Shown here: piece by piece, positions 51,401 through 62,585 of the stretch | Position numbering within the stretch: position 1 is the stretch's first letter | Layout of the letters: every line of letters begins with the position of its first letter | DNA from: Narcine bancroftii | Lineage: Eukaryota | DNA length: 64,000 nucleotides | Direction of reading: 5' to 3' | Assembly (NCBI RefSeq): GCF_036971445.1 | Contig: NC_091473.1 | Location: 255,316,001-255,380,000 of the forward strand | Notes under the pieces: model-generated | The model's input: only the letters and a program-made list of their open reading frames with translations | What the model was told of the DNA's origin: nothing | Databases searched by the model: none | Translations under genes and position numbers: made by a program

Positions 51401-51970
51401 TGTTAAGTTGCATCAAACCTTAGTCAATGAACAGAGAGGGATGGAAGCAGCGTCGTGGAGGTAGGACCATGGATGAGATGGGAAGCAGACAGGGAGGGTG
51501 GAGATCAAATCAAACTGCATTGTATTGAATGCTAGAACACGTGTGAAGGACTGAGTGGCCTTCCCGTTCCTGAACTGTGCATCGGTTGAAGCAGATTGCC
51601 TTACCTGAGTGGCAGTGGTTGGATTCTGCAGACCTGGCACTGGACTCTGACCTGGGGCTGTGGTGGAGGCTGAGACAGTGAGGTCATCTGCCACCATGCC
51701 CATCCCCCTGGGAGACTTTGTCTTCACCACTTTCTCGCTTGTTGTCAGGTTCCTCCGTTTGAAGAACACCTCCTGTCGCGAGTTCTGCTCTGCACGGCGC
51801 TGCCTTGCTGGACTGCGGCATGAGGTGACATTGTTTCGCCCATATAGGCTCTGACGGTTCTCGTGTCTCCGCTCGACTTTCTCCTCATAACTTTCAACCA
51901 CCAGCCTCCTCTTCTTGGCCGAGCCTGAACTGCCTTGGCTCAAAGCCCGCTTTGGAGTGACGTCCATCAT
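24288..51970 (-). CDS. TRAF3IP3: TRAF3-interacting JNK-activating modulator (T3JAM), full span; 15 coding exons, 1719 nt, 572 aa
   Basis: Exons 51970-51605, 46925-46787, 45453-45381, 42979-42955, 42005-41976, 41793-41698, 40062-39991, 37698-37558, 35313-35176, 33560-33416, 31329-31267, 29266-29216, 29127-29015, 27893-27783, 24443-24288; all GT-AG and phase-consistent; ESYEEKVERR, EASQQT, EALQRELMLKQKM and C-terminal TM match TRAF3IP3. Confidence 0.93.
24985..25420 (-). mobile_element. Rex1/Babar-type LINE fragment
   Basis: YRCTVESILTGGITAW and HPGHNLFSVLPSG-like remnants. Confidence 0.65.
25975..26350 (+). mobile_element. CR1 LINE 3' end
   Basis: GETRTRGHSL remnant; tail ctcctgctcctatttctta. 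Confidence 0.8.
27783..27893 (-). CDS. TRAF3IP3: TRAF3IP3 coding exon 14 (CIELHSKLAALMNE...KRRVQ)
   Basis: 111 nt; compare CRELHSEL. Confidence 0.87.
28479..28777. mobile_element. Tc1/mariner (Tigger/pogo-like) MITE
   Basis: TIRs cagtggaacccc ... ggggttccattg with TA on both sides. Confidence 0.75.
29015..29127 (-). CDS. TRAF3IP3: TRAF3IP3 coding exon 13 (DEFRAR...LTDQLERQSCQLHVKQEE)
   Basis: 113 nt, phase 1 to 0. Confidence 0.85.
29216..29266 (-). CDS. TRAF3IP3: TRAF3IP3 coding exon 12 (DVLQKKVSEQEKAVQQN)
   Basis: 51 nt, phase 1-1, donor gtgagt. Confidence 0.82.
30200..30855 (+). mobile_element. Penelope-like element fragment (GIY-YIG)
   Basis: HFTCTSRGLIYCIRCSLCGLLYIGGT...GDHFAQHL; LEEQHHIFRLG. 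Confidence 0.8.
31267..31329 (-). CDS. TRAF3IP3: TRAF3IP3 coding exon 11 (EELQDAEEQKQRMVSTIINLQ)
   Basis: 63 nt, phase 1-1, donor gtaagt. Confidence 0.85.
31940..32660 (-). mobile_element. CR1 LINE fragments (3' region and endonuclease region)
   Basis: LPGLEGMSYGERLDKLG; YxPPANS remnant; related fragment at 34560-34770. Confidence 0.6.
33416..33560 (-). CDS. TRAF3IP3: TRAF3IP3 coding exon 10 (RAETDG...LEAVENETQKLLNQIDSLKEE...)
   Basis: 145 nt, phase 0 to 1. Confidence 0.88.
34164..34340 (+). mobile_element. RTE LINE extreme 3' end (zinc-finger tail)
   Basis: FPCNRCNRVCLSRIGLVSH; near-identical copy at 40371-40560. Confidence 0.75.
35176..35313 (-). CDS. TRAF3IP3: TRAF3IP3 coding exon 9 (RSLRTAKQE...LHVIESKLQ)
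   Basis: 138 nt; compare RSLALAEQ...LHVLQSKLQ. Confidence 0.9.
36170..37181. mobile_element. Solo LTR (1012 bp) inserted in a CR1 fragment
   Basis: TG(taat)...(gtaa)CA termini; CTGG 4-bp TSD at 36166-36169 and 37182-37185; CR1 sequence resumes across the insertion. Confidence 0.85.
37182..37530 (+). mobile_element. CR1 LINE 3' fragment (continuation of 36100-36169)
   Basis: ERRRMRGDLIEVDKIL. Confidence 0.8.
37558..37698 (-). CDS. TRAF3IP3: TRAF3IP3 coding exon 8 (NHTQDSVKESMIEMQEQK...ENVQ)
   Basis: 141 nt coiled coil; canonical splice sites. Confidence 0.9.
38750..39575 (+). mobile_element. CR1 LINE fragment with internal 59-bp tandem duplication
   Basis: CR1 3' motifs; gaacttgtggaactccctcccacagaacattgtggagg..gagatgtatt twice at about 39328-39445. 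Confidence 0.75.
39991..40062 (-). CDS. TRAF3IP3: TRAF3IP3 coding exon 7 (VQLDNDSLRCKLQSLETQLHTWTQ)
   Basis: 72 nt; compare GQLNEDKLKGKLRSLENQLYTCTQ. Confidence 0.9.
40371..40560 (+). mobile_element. RTE LINE extreme 3' end
   Basis: Near-identical to 34164-34340. Confidence 0.75.
40575..41540 (+). mobile_element. CR1 LINE 3' fragment
   Basis: AKFANDTK..RLQKDLDRL; GESRTRGHNFRIE. Confidence 0.9.
41698..41793 (-). CDS. TRAF3IP3: TRAF3IP3 coding exon 6 (EALQRELMLKQKMAILQQLLATVLQAAEKSWK)
   Basis: 96 nt; strong similarity to human. Confidence 0.93.
41976..42005 (-). CDS. TRAF3IP3: TRAF3IP3 coding exon 5 (EIQQLSEYLK)
   Basis: 30 nt; compare human EIIQLSDYLK. Confidence 0.9.
42955..42979 (-). CDS. 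TRAF3IP3: TRAF3IP3 coding exon 4 (CGVTVLDQ)
   Basis: 25 nt; compare human YGVAVLDK; canonical splice sites. Confidence 0.85.
43036..43495 (+). mobile_element. Tx1/L1-clade LINE 3' end
   Basis: LLVGLPLGLATLAIHGSRR...CLPLFQGYV remnants followed by AT-rich 3' UTR and A tail. Confidence 0.65.
44694..44897. mobile_element. hAT-type MITE
   Basis: TIRs cagccattctcaa ... ttgagaatggttg; 8-bp flanks gtttaaat / gtctaaat. Confidence 0.75.
45381..45453 (-). CDS. TRAF3IP3: TRAF3IP3 coding exon 3 (ATQV...RKEASQQT)
   Basis: 73 nt, phase 1 to 2; ASQQT conserved; donor gtgagt. Confidence 0.85.
45590..45865. repeat. C-rich low-complexity repeat (ccctcactc-like)
   Basis: Degenerate short pyrimidine-rich units. 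Confidence 0.8.
46787..46925 (-). CDS. TRAF3IP3: TRAF3IP3 coding exon 2 (MPPEF...RKISRKDK)
   Basis: ctctttgtag| acceptor, |gtatga donor, 139 nt, phase 0 to 1. Confidence 0.75.
48629..49002. mobile_element. hAT (Charlie-like) MITE, composite of two short units
   Basis: TIRs cagtggttctcaacc ... ggttgagaaccactg; internal TIR copies near 48759 and 48874; related copies at 44042-44221 and 49912-50033. Confidence 0.75.
50600..50900 (-). mobile_element. Penelope-like element fragment
   Basis: VHGLMHCQTETTCKLEEQHLIFQLGTL. Confidence 0.7.
51605..51970 (-). CDS. TRAF3IP3: TRAF3IP3 coding exon 1 (MMDVTPKR...ESYEEKVERRHENR...FFKRRNL...PTTATQ)
   Basis: Similar to human ESYEAKCERRQE...FFRRRNL; donor gtaagg; acceptor at 52047-52048. 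Confidence 0.9.
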
Positions 51971-52563
51971 CCTGGCTGGGTGGACCTCCTGGTGACCCGT
52001 GCTGACCACGCTGGGAATGATGCCTTTGTAACTTAGCAACAATAATCTGTGATGAGCAGAAATATCCCAAGATTCACAAACTCCCTGCACTTGAAAGTAG
52101 ATCTAGTCTATGTAAATACGTCAAAGCTAATGAGATGGCGAGAGCATTTTTCAAGCCCCTGGCTGAATTAGATGGACCCAATGGCAATGTCCAACAGGAA
52201 TCCTAATTTGGATTAAAATTTGTTCAATCACTCACAAATTACATGAACATTCAAGAGTTGATTCGGGCCAGTGTAATCAATTACTCACTGAAGCTACTGT
52301 TTCTTTTCCATTTGGATCTTTTGCATTTGAACACAACTCTTCATTATTCCTCTGATGTTCTCTCTCCCTCAGTCCCAGCAGTCAGTCACAAAGGATTGGT
52401 GTCTGAATTCGGGTTTTCAATGGTGTCCTGCCGCATTACCTCATGCCGGTGACTTACAGAGACAACTGGGCCTCGCCACATGCACCTGCTTCTTGTTTGT
52501 CACCCATGCATCAGATCGACCTGAATATAGAACCAGATATCGGTACATGGAATGTGGACTCAC

Positions 52564-52810
52564 CCTTCAGAGAGTTAGTCCGTGCGCACTGCTTACAAGC
52601 CAGGGATCAGCAACTTCCACATTGCCTCCTGATTCACACCAACTTTGGATCGAGTAACATCCTGGGCAGCTTGGATCTTCACGTCGAAGTGCGAGCAACA
52701 GAATCTCAGGTTCCAGTGCAGCAGCCACTACACACACAGTGCATTGCACGTTAAACAGGAAATATATATTTTTAAATAAACCACCTCACTTGTAGCCTTC
52801 TTCCTGCCTC
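52564..52810 (-). promoter_or_regulatory. Candidate upstream non-coding exon or promoter of TRAF3IP3
   Basis: Donor agg|gtgagt at 52563 on the minus strand; unique sequence with ETS-type caggaa/cttcctg motifs near 52756 and 52800. Confidence 0.3.
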
Positions 52811-53409
52811 ACACAGCTGACTGCTTGGTTTCACCCTTCCATCAGTGGATTCACCATGAGCTGATCTGCAAAAAATTCGACTCCGCACCTGGAAAGCACC
52901 TCGGCAAGCTGTGGGGAGAGGTTCTGTGTCAGAGCTCTGGTGCAATGTGTGAGGCTCAGCTATCACAACGAAAAGCATCTTTTCATGCACCCTGCCTCTG
53001 AGTTTGTTACACCCTGGTGGCAGGCTCTATCTCAACAGCACACTGGCAGAGATAAGGGCCTCATGCCGGATGTGGCCTGTCGCAGGGCCCACGATGTGTC
53101 AGATCTTTATCACTTTTTGGAAGGCGGAAAGAATTAGTGGGAGAGCAACAAATTGTAAAAAAAAACCCAAAATCAACCAACACTTGTCTTCCGTGGAGGC
53201 TGTGTCTTCTGCCCCTCAGTGCAAAAGATTTCTGGTACACTTCATTGTTGCCTACTGCCTGAGGGAACTGCCCTGGTTTCACGCCTTAAAACATGCAGCT
53301 GTTTAAATAAAAAGAACCTTAGGCACAAGATGTGTGACTTCAGCTCCTTTTCCACTGTGCCAGGACTACACGAAAAGGTTAGGGTGTGCAGGAAACATGG
53401 CAGTGACCT

Positions 53410-55050
53410 TAACCCAATGCTGATTCCCCCAAGGAGGTTACCAAGAAAGTAGATATGGATGATTTTCTAAATCAATTTGGAGAGATACCAATGAGGGAGG
53501 ATGCAATACTTGATCTCTTATAAGGGAACCAGACAGGTCATGTGACAGAAGTATGTGTAGGTGAACATTTTGGGTCCCGTGACCATAATGTCATTAGTTT
53601 CAAGTTAATTATGGATAAGGAAAGGTCTGGGCCTTGGGTTGAGATTCTAAATTGGAGAAAGGTCAATTTTGTGGAATTGAGTGGATCGGGATAAACTGTT
53701 TTCTGGCAAGGATGTGTCCAGAAAGTGGAAGGCCTTCAAAGGGGAAATTTTGAGAGCAGAGTTTGCACGTTCTTGTCAGGATTAAAGGCAAAGTTAACAG
53801 GCAGAGGGAACCTTGGTTTTCAAGGGATATTGGCAATCTGGTTAAGAAGAAAGAGGTGTATAGCAGAACAGGCAATAAGGAGCAAATGAAGTACTGGAAG
53901 AATATAGAAAATGTAAGAAAATACTTAAGAAGTAAATCAGGAAGGCAAAAAGAAGGCATGAGGTTACTTTGGCAGATAATGTGAAGGTAAACCCGAAGGG
54001 TATCTACAAGTACGTTAAGAGTAAAAGGATAATAAGGAACAAAATTGGTCCCTTAGAAGATCAGAGTGGTCATCAATGCATAGAACCTCAAAAGATGGGG
54101 GAGATCTTAAACAGTTTTTTTTGTATCATTATTTACTCAGGAAACTGGCAGAGTGTATAAGGAAGGAAGGGTAACCAGCTATAGTTCATGGAATATACAG
54201 AGATTAAAGAGGAGGAGGTGCTTGCTGCCTTACAGCGAATAAAGGGCCTGACATGATATTCCCTTGGAGGTGTTGTGGACAGCAAGGAAGGCTTTCAAAG
54301 CTTGTAGAGGGATCTGGACCAACTGGAAAAATAGGACAGAAAATAGGCAGATAGAATTTAATGCAGAAAAGTGTGGGGTGTTGCATTTTGGAAAGAATGA
54401 CCAAGGTAGGATGTACACAGTAAATGGTGGGGCACTGAAGAGTGTGGAGGAACAAAGAGATCTGGGAATACAGGTACATAATTCCCTGAAAGTGGCATCA
54501 CAGGTAGACAGGGTTGTAAAGAGAGCTTTTGGTATCTTGGGCTTCATAAATCAAAGTACCGAGTACAGGAGATGGGATGTTATGGTGAGGTTGTGGGGCC
54601 AAATTTGGAGTTTTGTGTGCAGTTCAAGTACAGGAAGGATATCAGTATAAGATTGAGAGAGTGCAGGGAAGATTGACTAGGATGTTGCCAGGTCTTCAGG
54701 AGTTGAGTTACAGGGAAAGATTAAACAGGTTAAGACTTTATTCCTTGGAGTGTAGAAGAATGAGGGGAGATCTGAACGAGATTTACAAGATTATGAGGGG
54801 TATAGACAGAGTAAATGCGAGTCGGCTCTTTCCACTTAGATTAGGAGAGATAAATTCGAGAAGACATGGTTTTAGGGTGAAAGGGGAAAGGTTTAGGAGG
54901 AACATTAGGGGGAACTTTTTCACTCAGAGAGTGGTGGGAGTGTGGAACGAGCTGCCATCTGATGTGGTTAATGTGGGCTCACTCTTGTTTTCAGAATACA
55001 TTGGATTGATACATGGATGGGAGAGGTCTGGAGGGTTATGGAATGGGTGC
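53410..55050 (+). mobile_element. CR1 LINE ORF2 fragments (endonuclease C-terminus to RT C-terminus, internally deleted)
   Basis: PWFSRDI, NVKVNPKGIYKYVKSKR, FNAEKCGVLHFG, ERVQGRLTRMLPGL. Confidence 0.9.
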
Positions 55051-56512
55051 ACATTAGGGTGCACTGGACCTCAGCATCTGCAAATTCCAGATGGGGGTGG
55101 ATCGGTTGCAGTTTCTGGCCATGTTCTTTGATGGGGTGGTAGAGGACACGGGTGTGGCAGGTGATGGGGTCGTCTGGGTAAGTGACTGCAGTGTGATCAG
55201 TCAATGGAAACACAGCAGTCCTTGTACCACAAAACCCAAGTGATTTCCAAAACCTCTGTCAAATGTCTTCATTCAACAGTCCCATGTAATGTCTTATCCC
55301 AGGGATACTTAAAAGAACTGTACTGATGCAAAATGGCCCAATGCATCAAGTTCAAGTTTATTGTCACATGTACCGAGGTACAGTGAGGAAGTTCATTTTG
55401 CAAGTAATCTAACTGGATAACCCATTCACAGTACAGCAGTAAAAACACAGGACTGAGTGAAACATGAAAGTCTGCAGACACCGTGGTTGAAATAAAAACA
55501 CAATACTGGAGAAACTCAGCAGGTTGTTCTTTATAGAGCAAAGATAAAGGTACAGAACCAATGCTTCAGGCTTGAGCCCTTCGTCAAGGTCTGTAAAAAT
55601 GTTAGCGGGCGCCCAAGCAAAAATACAGAGTGCAGAGTTACGGAGAGAGATCAGTTGGAACAAAGAAAAGGCAGCATTCATTCTGGAGTCTAACAGTGGG
55701 AAAGAAACTGTCCTTGTATCTGGTTGTGTGGTCTGACACAGGGGAATCTTTGACCTGACAGGAGGAGGGTGAAGAGAAGGTGGCTGGCGGGGGAATGGGG
55801 GAAGAGTCCTTTAATGTGATGACTGCTTTTCTAAGGGAGCAGGTGGAATACATCGAGAAGACTGGGTGTCAGGCAGCATCGAGGGAGTGCAGGAGGCAGC
55901 ACTGATGCAGTTGTCAATGTGGTAACAGTTGGAGTTGTACTGGAGTAGGTATGAAACAAGGATCGTTTCACATAGCCAACAAAAGGGCAGGTATGGCTGT
56001 GGCCTAGGGTCATTTAACGGACAGGCACATGATGCAAGTAAAATGGAGTGTTATGGGTGTGAGGGAAGGGTTAGGTTCGGTTTATATAGGTCAGCACATC
56101 ATAGGCTGAAGGGCATGTATTTTGCTGGAATGTTCTGTGCACCTCTGAAAACATTACCAGACCAAGTGAAGGGAGGAAAGTTTAGGGGAGACATCAGGGG
56201 TAAGTATTTTTTACATAGAGAGTCGTTGGGTCTGGAATGCCTTGACTGGGGTGGTAGTGGAGGCTGAAACATTAGGGGCACTTAAGAAACTCTAAGGCAA
56301 ATGGATGCAAGAAAAATAGAGGGTTATTGATGTGAGGCAGGGAAGGTTTCGTTTGTTGAGTAGGTTAACATAGGTCAGCATAACATCATGGGCTGAAGGG
56401 CTAGTACTATGCTGGAATGTGTTATTTTCTATACACAAGGCTACACTTTGGTTCTGCAGACAGTGAGATGAGCCAAAAAAGTGGTTGCTAGGACACATAA
56501 AAAGTTTGCAGG

Positions 56513-57481
56513 TGTAGTGAACTGGGATTCACTAGAAGTGTCCTATACTGATAACTGATCCCGCCTCCAGGCCCCTCCCCCCAGGGGCCGATATATAACC
56601 CTGATTTCCTGCCTAAACCCTGAATCCCCCTGAAGCCTGTTCATGAACCCTACCTGTGTTGTAAGCTAATAAAAGTGTTAGTTCTCCCTCCAGTTGAGTG
56701 TGAGCTTTTATCTATGCTACCATTTTATTAGCTTATAACACAGGTAGGGTTCATGAACAGGCTTCTGAGGGGGTTCAGGGTTTAGGCAGGAAACCAGGGT
56801 TATATACGGGCTCCCAGGGGAGGAGTTGGGTGGGGGGACCAGTTGTCAGTGCAGGACACTTCTAGTGAATCCCAGTTCACTACATTTATCCCTTCCTTCA
56901 GAATTAAGGGTCTGTGGATGGAGAGAACAAAGATCAGAGGCCGGTAATAGACACAGAAGAGAAATATTTATGATACTATTTACAGATTCAGGTGGTCCGG
57001 GGATCTGGAGATCCTGTTGGAGCACCTTAGCACCAGGGGGCCTTGGGCTCCTTGAGTCTCCTGGTCCACCTGTGATGGAAGGGTAGTGGGCTGGGGCTCA
57101 TTTCCGACAATAGAGGTGGGGTTCACTCTTCTCCTGAACTGGATTCCCTGAGGCCCTGGGCGGGTGGGGCGGGGGGGTTGGGGAAAAAGAGCTAGGTAAT
57201 GGAGGTAATGGATCCTCTGTTCCAGCGGGTGCCAGATCCCTGATGGAGACGGTGTCCTCCCTGCCATCCAGGTACTCAACGTAGGCTTACGTGGGGTTGG
57301 CATGGAGCAATTTCACCCTTTCCACCAGGGAGTTGGTCTTGCTTCTACCCGTATATAACCCTGATTTCGTGCCTAAACCCTGAACCCCTCTGAAGCCTGT
57401 TCATGAACCCAACCTATGTTGTAAGCTAATAAAAGCGTTAGTTCTCCCTCCAGTCGAGTGTGAGCTTTTATCCACACTACA
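56513..57481 (-). mobile_element. Internally deleted Ty3/Gypsy LTR retrotransposon with inverted, triplicated LTR sequence
   Basis: GCAGG TSD 56508-56512 and 57482-57486; TG...CA ends; minus-strand integrase C-terminus VERVKLLHANPT*AYVEYLDGREDTVSIRDLAP; PPT at 56885-56900. Confidence 0.85.
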
Positions 57482-58479
57482 GCAGGTAAAACCAACAAGT
57501 AGTTAAGAAGGTAAATGGCATGTTGATCTTTCTGGCAAAGAGGTTGGAGTTTAGGAGCAGGGAGGCTTTGTTCCAGTGGCACGAGGTGTTGGTGAGACCA
57601 CACATGGAGTGCTGGACAGAATGCAACAGGAGGCAGTCGAGAGGAGACTCACCAGGCACTGAGGGAAAGGAAGAACCACGACCAACCACAAGGCACTTCT
57701 CCTGCTTCTTTAAATTTTAAATTTAGACCTACAGCACGGTTACAGGGCTTTCCGTGCTGCCCAATTACACCCTATTAACCTATACCCCCCCCCCCACATA
57801 TGTTTTGAACAGTGAAAAGAAACCAGAGCCTCTGGGGAAAACCCACGTAGACACGGGGAGAACGTAGAAACTCCTTACAGACAGCGTGGGATTCGAACCC
57901 CTGTCCCAATAGTTGGCGCTGTAACACCGTTGCGTTAACCAACCGCGCTGCTTCTTTGGATTGTTGCTAAGCATTGTATTTTTTAAAACTTTTTTTTAAC
58001 CTTCTAATGGGAGCAATTGACATCTCAGCTGATGCAACTACATGCTACAGTTACAAGGGAAGGGAAGAACAAATTCTATGCTTTGTGTGTGTGATAAGGA
58101 CTGATTGTGAACAGATAAACTGAGGTCTCCTGTCTGAATCCTGACCAACGAAGAGGGTATTGAACAAAAAGTCAACACAGCCATGGTGGTCAAGTGTGCT
58201 GAGCTGCAGCCAGCTGGCCCTCAACACCTCAACATTTCCCCATCAGGGTGGATAACCGACCTTGTCCCGCACACGGCATTCTGTGCGGGACCGCCCTGTG
58301 GATGGCTCCTGAACAATGGAGGGAGGTGCATTACAAAATGAAGTTGCAGTTTATTTCCATTACAACAATGAAAACTTCTGATTACATCCAAATTACAATT
58401 GTAAGCCTAGAGCAGCAGAAGGCCACTCACACCCTCCAGCCTAGCCCACTGTTCAACATCCATCTTCGCACTTAATGCT

Positions 58480-59260
58480 TCAAGGTCGTTTATTGTCACA
58501 TCTACCAACATACAGTGATAAAGTTTGTTTTGTGAGCAGATCAGTAGACATCTCATACATAGTGCATAAAGTGAGGTGCAGTCACAGAGACAGATCAGTT
58601 GGTACGGAGTAAAGGCAGCATAATTTTACTAATCAGGGTTCATTTAGCAGTCTGACAACAGGAGAAAGAAACTGGCTTTGAATCTTCTTGGAATCTTCTT
58701 CTCTCCTGGAGCAGCAAGAGTTATAGATAGCCTCTACGAAGGCGAGGGGTGTGTGATGGTCTGAGCCATGTTCACAATTCTCTGCAGTTTCCTGCGGTCT
58801 TGGACAGAGCAGTTCCCGTCCCAACAGGATGGTTTCAATGGTGCACCTGTAGAATCTGGTAAGGGATGCAGGCGACCTGCCAAATTTCCTTCTGGAGTAA
58901 AGGAGCTGATGGATGATTTTTTTGATCATTGCACTGACATGAATGGTCCAGGACAGGTTACTGGAGATGTTTACCCCAGGAGCATAAAATTGTCCACTCT
59001 CCCACTCTCTCCACCTCCGCACCATGGATGCGGACCAGGGAGTGAGTTCCACCCCAACTCCAGAAGTCTGACCAGCTCCTCGGCCTTGCTGACATTGAGG
59101 GAGGGGCTGTTACCTTGGCCCCGAGCCACACGTCCCTTGACTGTACTTTGGCTCATCTTTGTTCGAGATGCTGCCTGTGACACAGGTGTCATGCTTGGAT
59201 TTATGGATGGAGTTGGAGTGGTACTTGGTCAGATAGCTGTGGATGTACAGGGAGTAATAA
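58480..59260 (-). mobile_element. Rex1/Babar-type LINE fragment
   Basis: GVNISSNLSW...LTRFYRCTIETIL. Confidence 0.7.
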
Positions 59261-59799
59261 GAATGAGAACTTTACACTTCCTTAGACGTTTAAAATACAA
59301 ATTCTGGACCCATTCTGTCTGCCCACAAACCAAAAATACATTTCACTCAGCTTATCACTGCAGTTCTGAGCAGTGACCACTCTGGGTGACCTCAGCATTT
59401 ATGGGCACTGACAAACTCCCATAAACATTTGTACCTTCCTCTTCCGGGCTCTTTATCCATTTGATTTTTCCATTCTAGATGAAAATCCCCCTTGATTATT
59501 GCTCTACCTTTCTGATAAGCACCCATTATTACTTCCTTTAAACTCTATACTGTGACATGGTTACTACTGGAGGGGCCTGTACGTCACTCCCACAAGTTTC
59601 ATCTCCACTCAAAACTGTGTCTACATTCCAGGACATCTCTCTCCTTTGCACTAAGACCACCATTAACTGACTAACCACTCTCTATCTTTGCTGTGGCTCT
59701 CTGACCTTCAGCTAAAAGCCAGAGGAAGCAAAGTTTGACGCAGTTCGTGAACAGGGGCTGCAAGGAAATTTGTTGCTGATTGTATAGAAAATTGTTTGT

Positions 59800-60812
59800 C
59801 CAATTGGAGGCCGGTGACTGGTGGAGTTCCTGGGTCCACTATTGTTTGTTATATATATTAACGATCTGGAAGTAGGGGTGGAGAATTGGATAAGCAAGTT
59901 TGCGGATGATACAAAGATTGGTGGTGTTGTGGACAGTGAGGAAGATTACCGTAGATTAAAAGGTGATTTAGGAAGGCTGGAGGTGTGGGCTGAGAAATGG
60001 CTGATGGAATTTAATACAGATAAGTGTGAGGTGTTACATTTTGGAAAGGCAAATCTAAATAGGTCATATACATTAAATGGTAGGCTATTGAGATGTGCAG
60101 AGCCACAAAGGGATTTAGGAGTTGTGGTAAATAGTACCCTCAAGGCTGATACTCAGGTAGATGGTGTGGTGAAGAAGGCATTTGGAATGTTGGCCTTCAT
60201 CAATCGGAGTATTGAATTCAAGAGTAGGGAGGTTATGATGAAATTGTACAAGGCATTGGTGAGGCCAAATTTGGAGTACTGTGTACAGTTTTGGTCACCA
60301 AATTATAGGAAAGATATAAACAAAATAGAGAGAGTGCAGAGAAGGTTCACGAGAATGTTGACAGGATTTCAGGGTCTGAGTTCCAGGGAAAGGTTGTGCA
60401 GACTGGGGCTTTTTTCTCTGGAACGTAGAAGGTTGAGAGGGGACTTGATAGAGGTGTTTAAGATTTTAAAAGGGACAGACAGTCAACATGGATAGGCTTT
60501 TTCAATTAAGAGTGGGGGAGATTCAAACTAGAGGGCATGGTTTAAGATTGAAGGGGGAAAATTATAAGGGGAACATGAGGGGAAATTTCTTTACTCAAAG
60601 GGTGGTAGGGATGTGGAATGAGCTTCCGACAGACGTGGTCGAGGCAGGATCATTGGTTACATTTAAGGAAAGACTAGATAGTTACATGGATAGGAGAGGA
60701 CTGGAGGGGTATGGACCGGGTGCTGGTCAGTGGGACTAGGAGGGTGGGGATTTGTTACGGCATGGACTAGTAGGGCCGAACTGGCCTGTTCTGTGCTGTA
60801 AGTGGTTATATG
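59800..60812 (+). mobile_element. Relatively young 5'-truncated CR1 LINE (RT C-terminal half and 3' UTR)
   Basis: 224-aa ORF LGPLLFVIYINDL...ISKFADDTKIGG...LYKALVRPNLEYCVQFWSP; one frameshift near 60490. Confidence 0.93.
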
Positions 60813-62124
60813 GTGTTATGCCTGAAATGATATTGCTCCTCTAATAATATGCATAATTAGAAAATGTCACCAGAAATATACAAAGGTATTGGGGCATTCA
60901 ATACACCACGAACATGTGGATATTAAACAAAAGGGTAAAATTTCTACTTCCAACTCGGTTTTAGTGTGCATAGGGAGGACACTTTACTCAATGATATCAT
61001 CGGCTGAAGAAATGGAAGTTGCTGTTGTCTTCATTCCTAACAATCAGAGGCAAGAAAGAGTGAGGAATCTTTAGAAAGAGCAGGTTTACGCCAACTGCTA
61101 CCCAGAGGGTGGGCTGTCAGGCAAGGAAGGGTTGGGCAGCTTGGGCTTCATTCTGGTTGAGGGGGCTTGAAGTGTACAATCTCGACAGGATGGATGTAGA
61201 GGGGATGTTTCACTTTATTCCTCCAACAGTTCCTTGACAGAACGTGGCATCAGCGGAGGCTCATGGGACAGGGTGTCCATGGGCAGATACCCATGGGGAC
61301 AGGCCCATGGGACAGATCACTCAACACACAGATTACAGCACAAACTGTTCTCTTCTGCTGAATTAAGGAAACTTTACTCGTGGCATTAAGTATATCAAAG
61401 TTTTATTGCAATGATACAGAAAACAAATAATTTTCTACTTTGTGTTCATAAAAAAATCAATTTTTAAATCAATTTAAGCAATTTCCCAATCGAGTGCAAG
61501 ACCTGATGTGATCTTTTCCCAACATGAAACCTTACACAATTTGGGGAGTTGTGTCTCCTGGCTTCACATCACAGTTCAAACTCCATGATCAGTGAACTGG
61601 TTTGTATTTGTTCTAACTACCAAGCATAAAAGGATCTGGAAATAACTCAAGTCTGGAACATGGCAAATGTTGTTTGCTTTGTGTGCGTGCAGAGCTCCCC
61701 TCCCTGAATCGGAGCAGAGGGCCAAGTGTTTCCCAACCAGTCAATGCCCTGACAATCCTGTCATTAATTTATTTGTAAATTGACCATGTTTAAATCCCAT
61801 TAATTTGACTCCATTACTGCATCACAGTCACACAGAAGCAAAGATTTCTTTTAAATGCTGGAAGTTTGAAAATAAAGCATGCTGGAAACACTCAGGCAGA
61901 ACTGCAAAAGCAAAGAGAGTAAAAGGAGAGACTTTACAGAGGTAGTGGTGGTGGGATGGATAGATAGAACAAAGGAAATATCTCTCCTGGGTTAAGACCA
62001 GGGCAGGGAGGGGGGGGGGGGGGGTGGTGGTAATGGTGCTTCTTCAGTTAGCTGTGGAGAGTTGAGACCATTACACTCACAGAATAGTGACCCCACTAAA
62101 ATTAGAAGTCTTTTCTGTTCTGTT

Positions 62125-62585
62125 ACTATGAATCGCAAGAGATTGGTTTGCAGGTACAGCCGGCTATCAGGAAGGCAAATGTACGTTGGTCGTCATTGCT
62201 GGAGGGATTGAATTTCAGAGCAAGGGGGTTCTGCTGTAACTGTACACGGTCTTGGTAGGGCGCATCTGGAGAACTGTGTGCAGTTCTGGTCTTCTGACTG
62301 GAGGCTTTGGAGTCAGTGCAGAGGAGGTTCACCAGGTTGAGTCCAGAGAGGAGCCTAGACTAGAGGAAGGCAAGTTTTTTTCCACTGGGAGGTGGGATGA
62401 GAATTAGGTAGCAATCAGGGTAGAAGATTTAGGACAGAAATGAGGAGAAACTGGATTTCCCCAGAGGGTGATGAATCTATGGAATTCACAGCCCATTGAA
62501 GCAGTGGAGGCGACCTCAGTAAATACAAGCTGGGATAGATTTTTACGTGAAAGGGGAAGTAAGGGATATGGGGAAAAGGCAGTCG
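62125..62585 (+). mobile_element. Degenerate CR1 LINE fragment
   Basis: HLENCVQFWS, VQRRFTR remnants. Confidence 0.7.

Noticed and set aside
58768-59376. 202-aa plus-strand ORF
   Set aside because: Antisense to a degenerate Rex1/Babar LINE.
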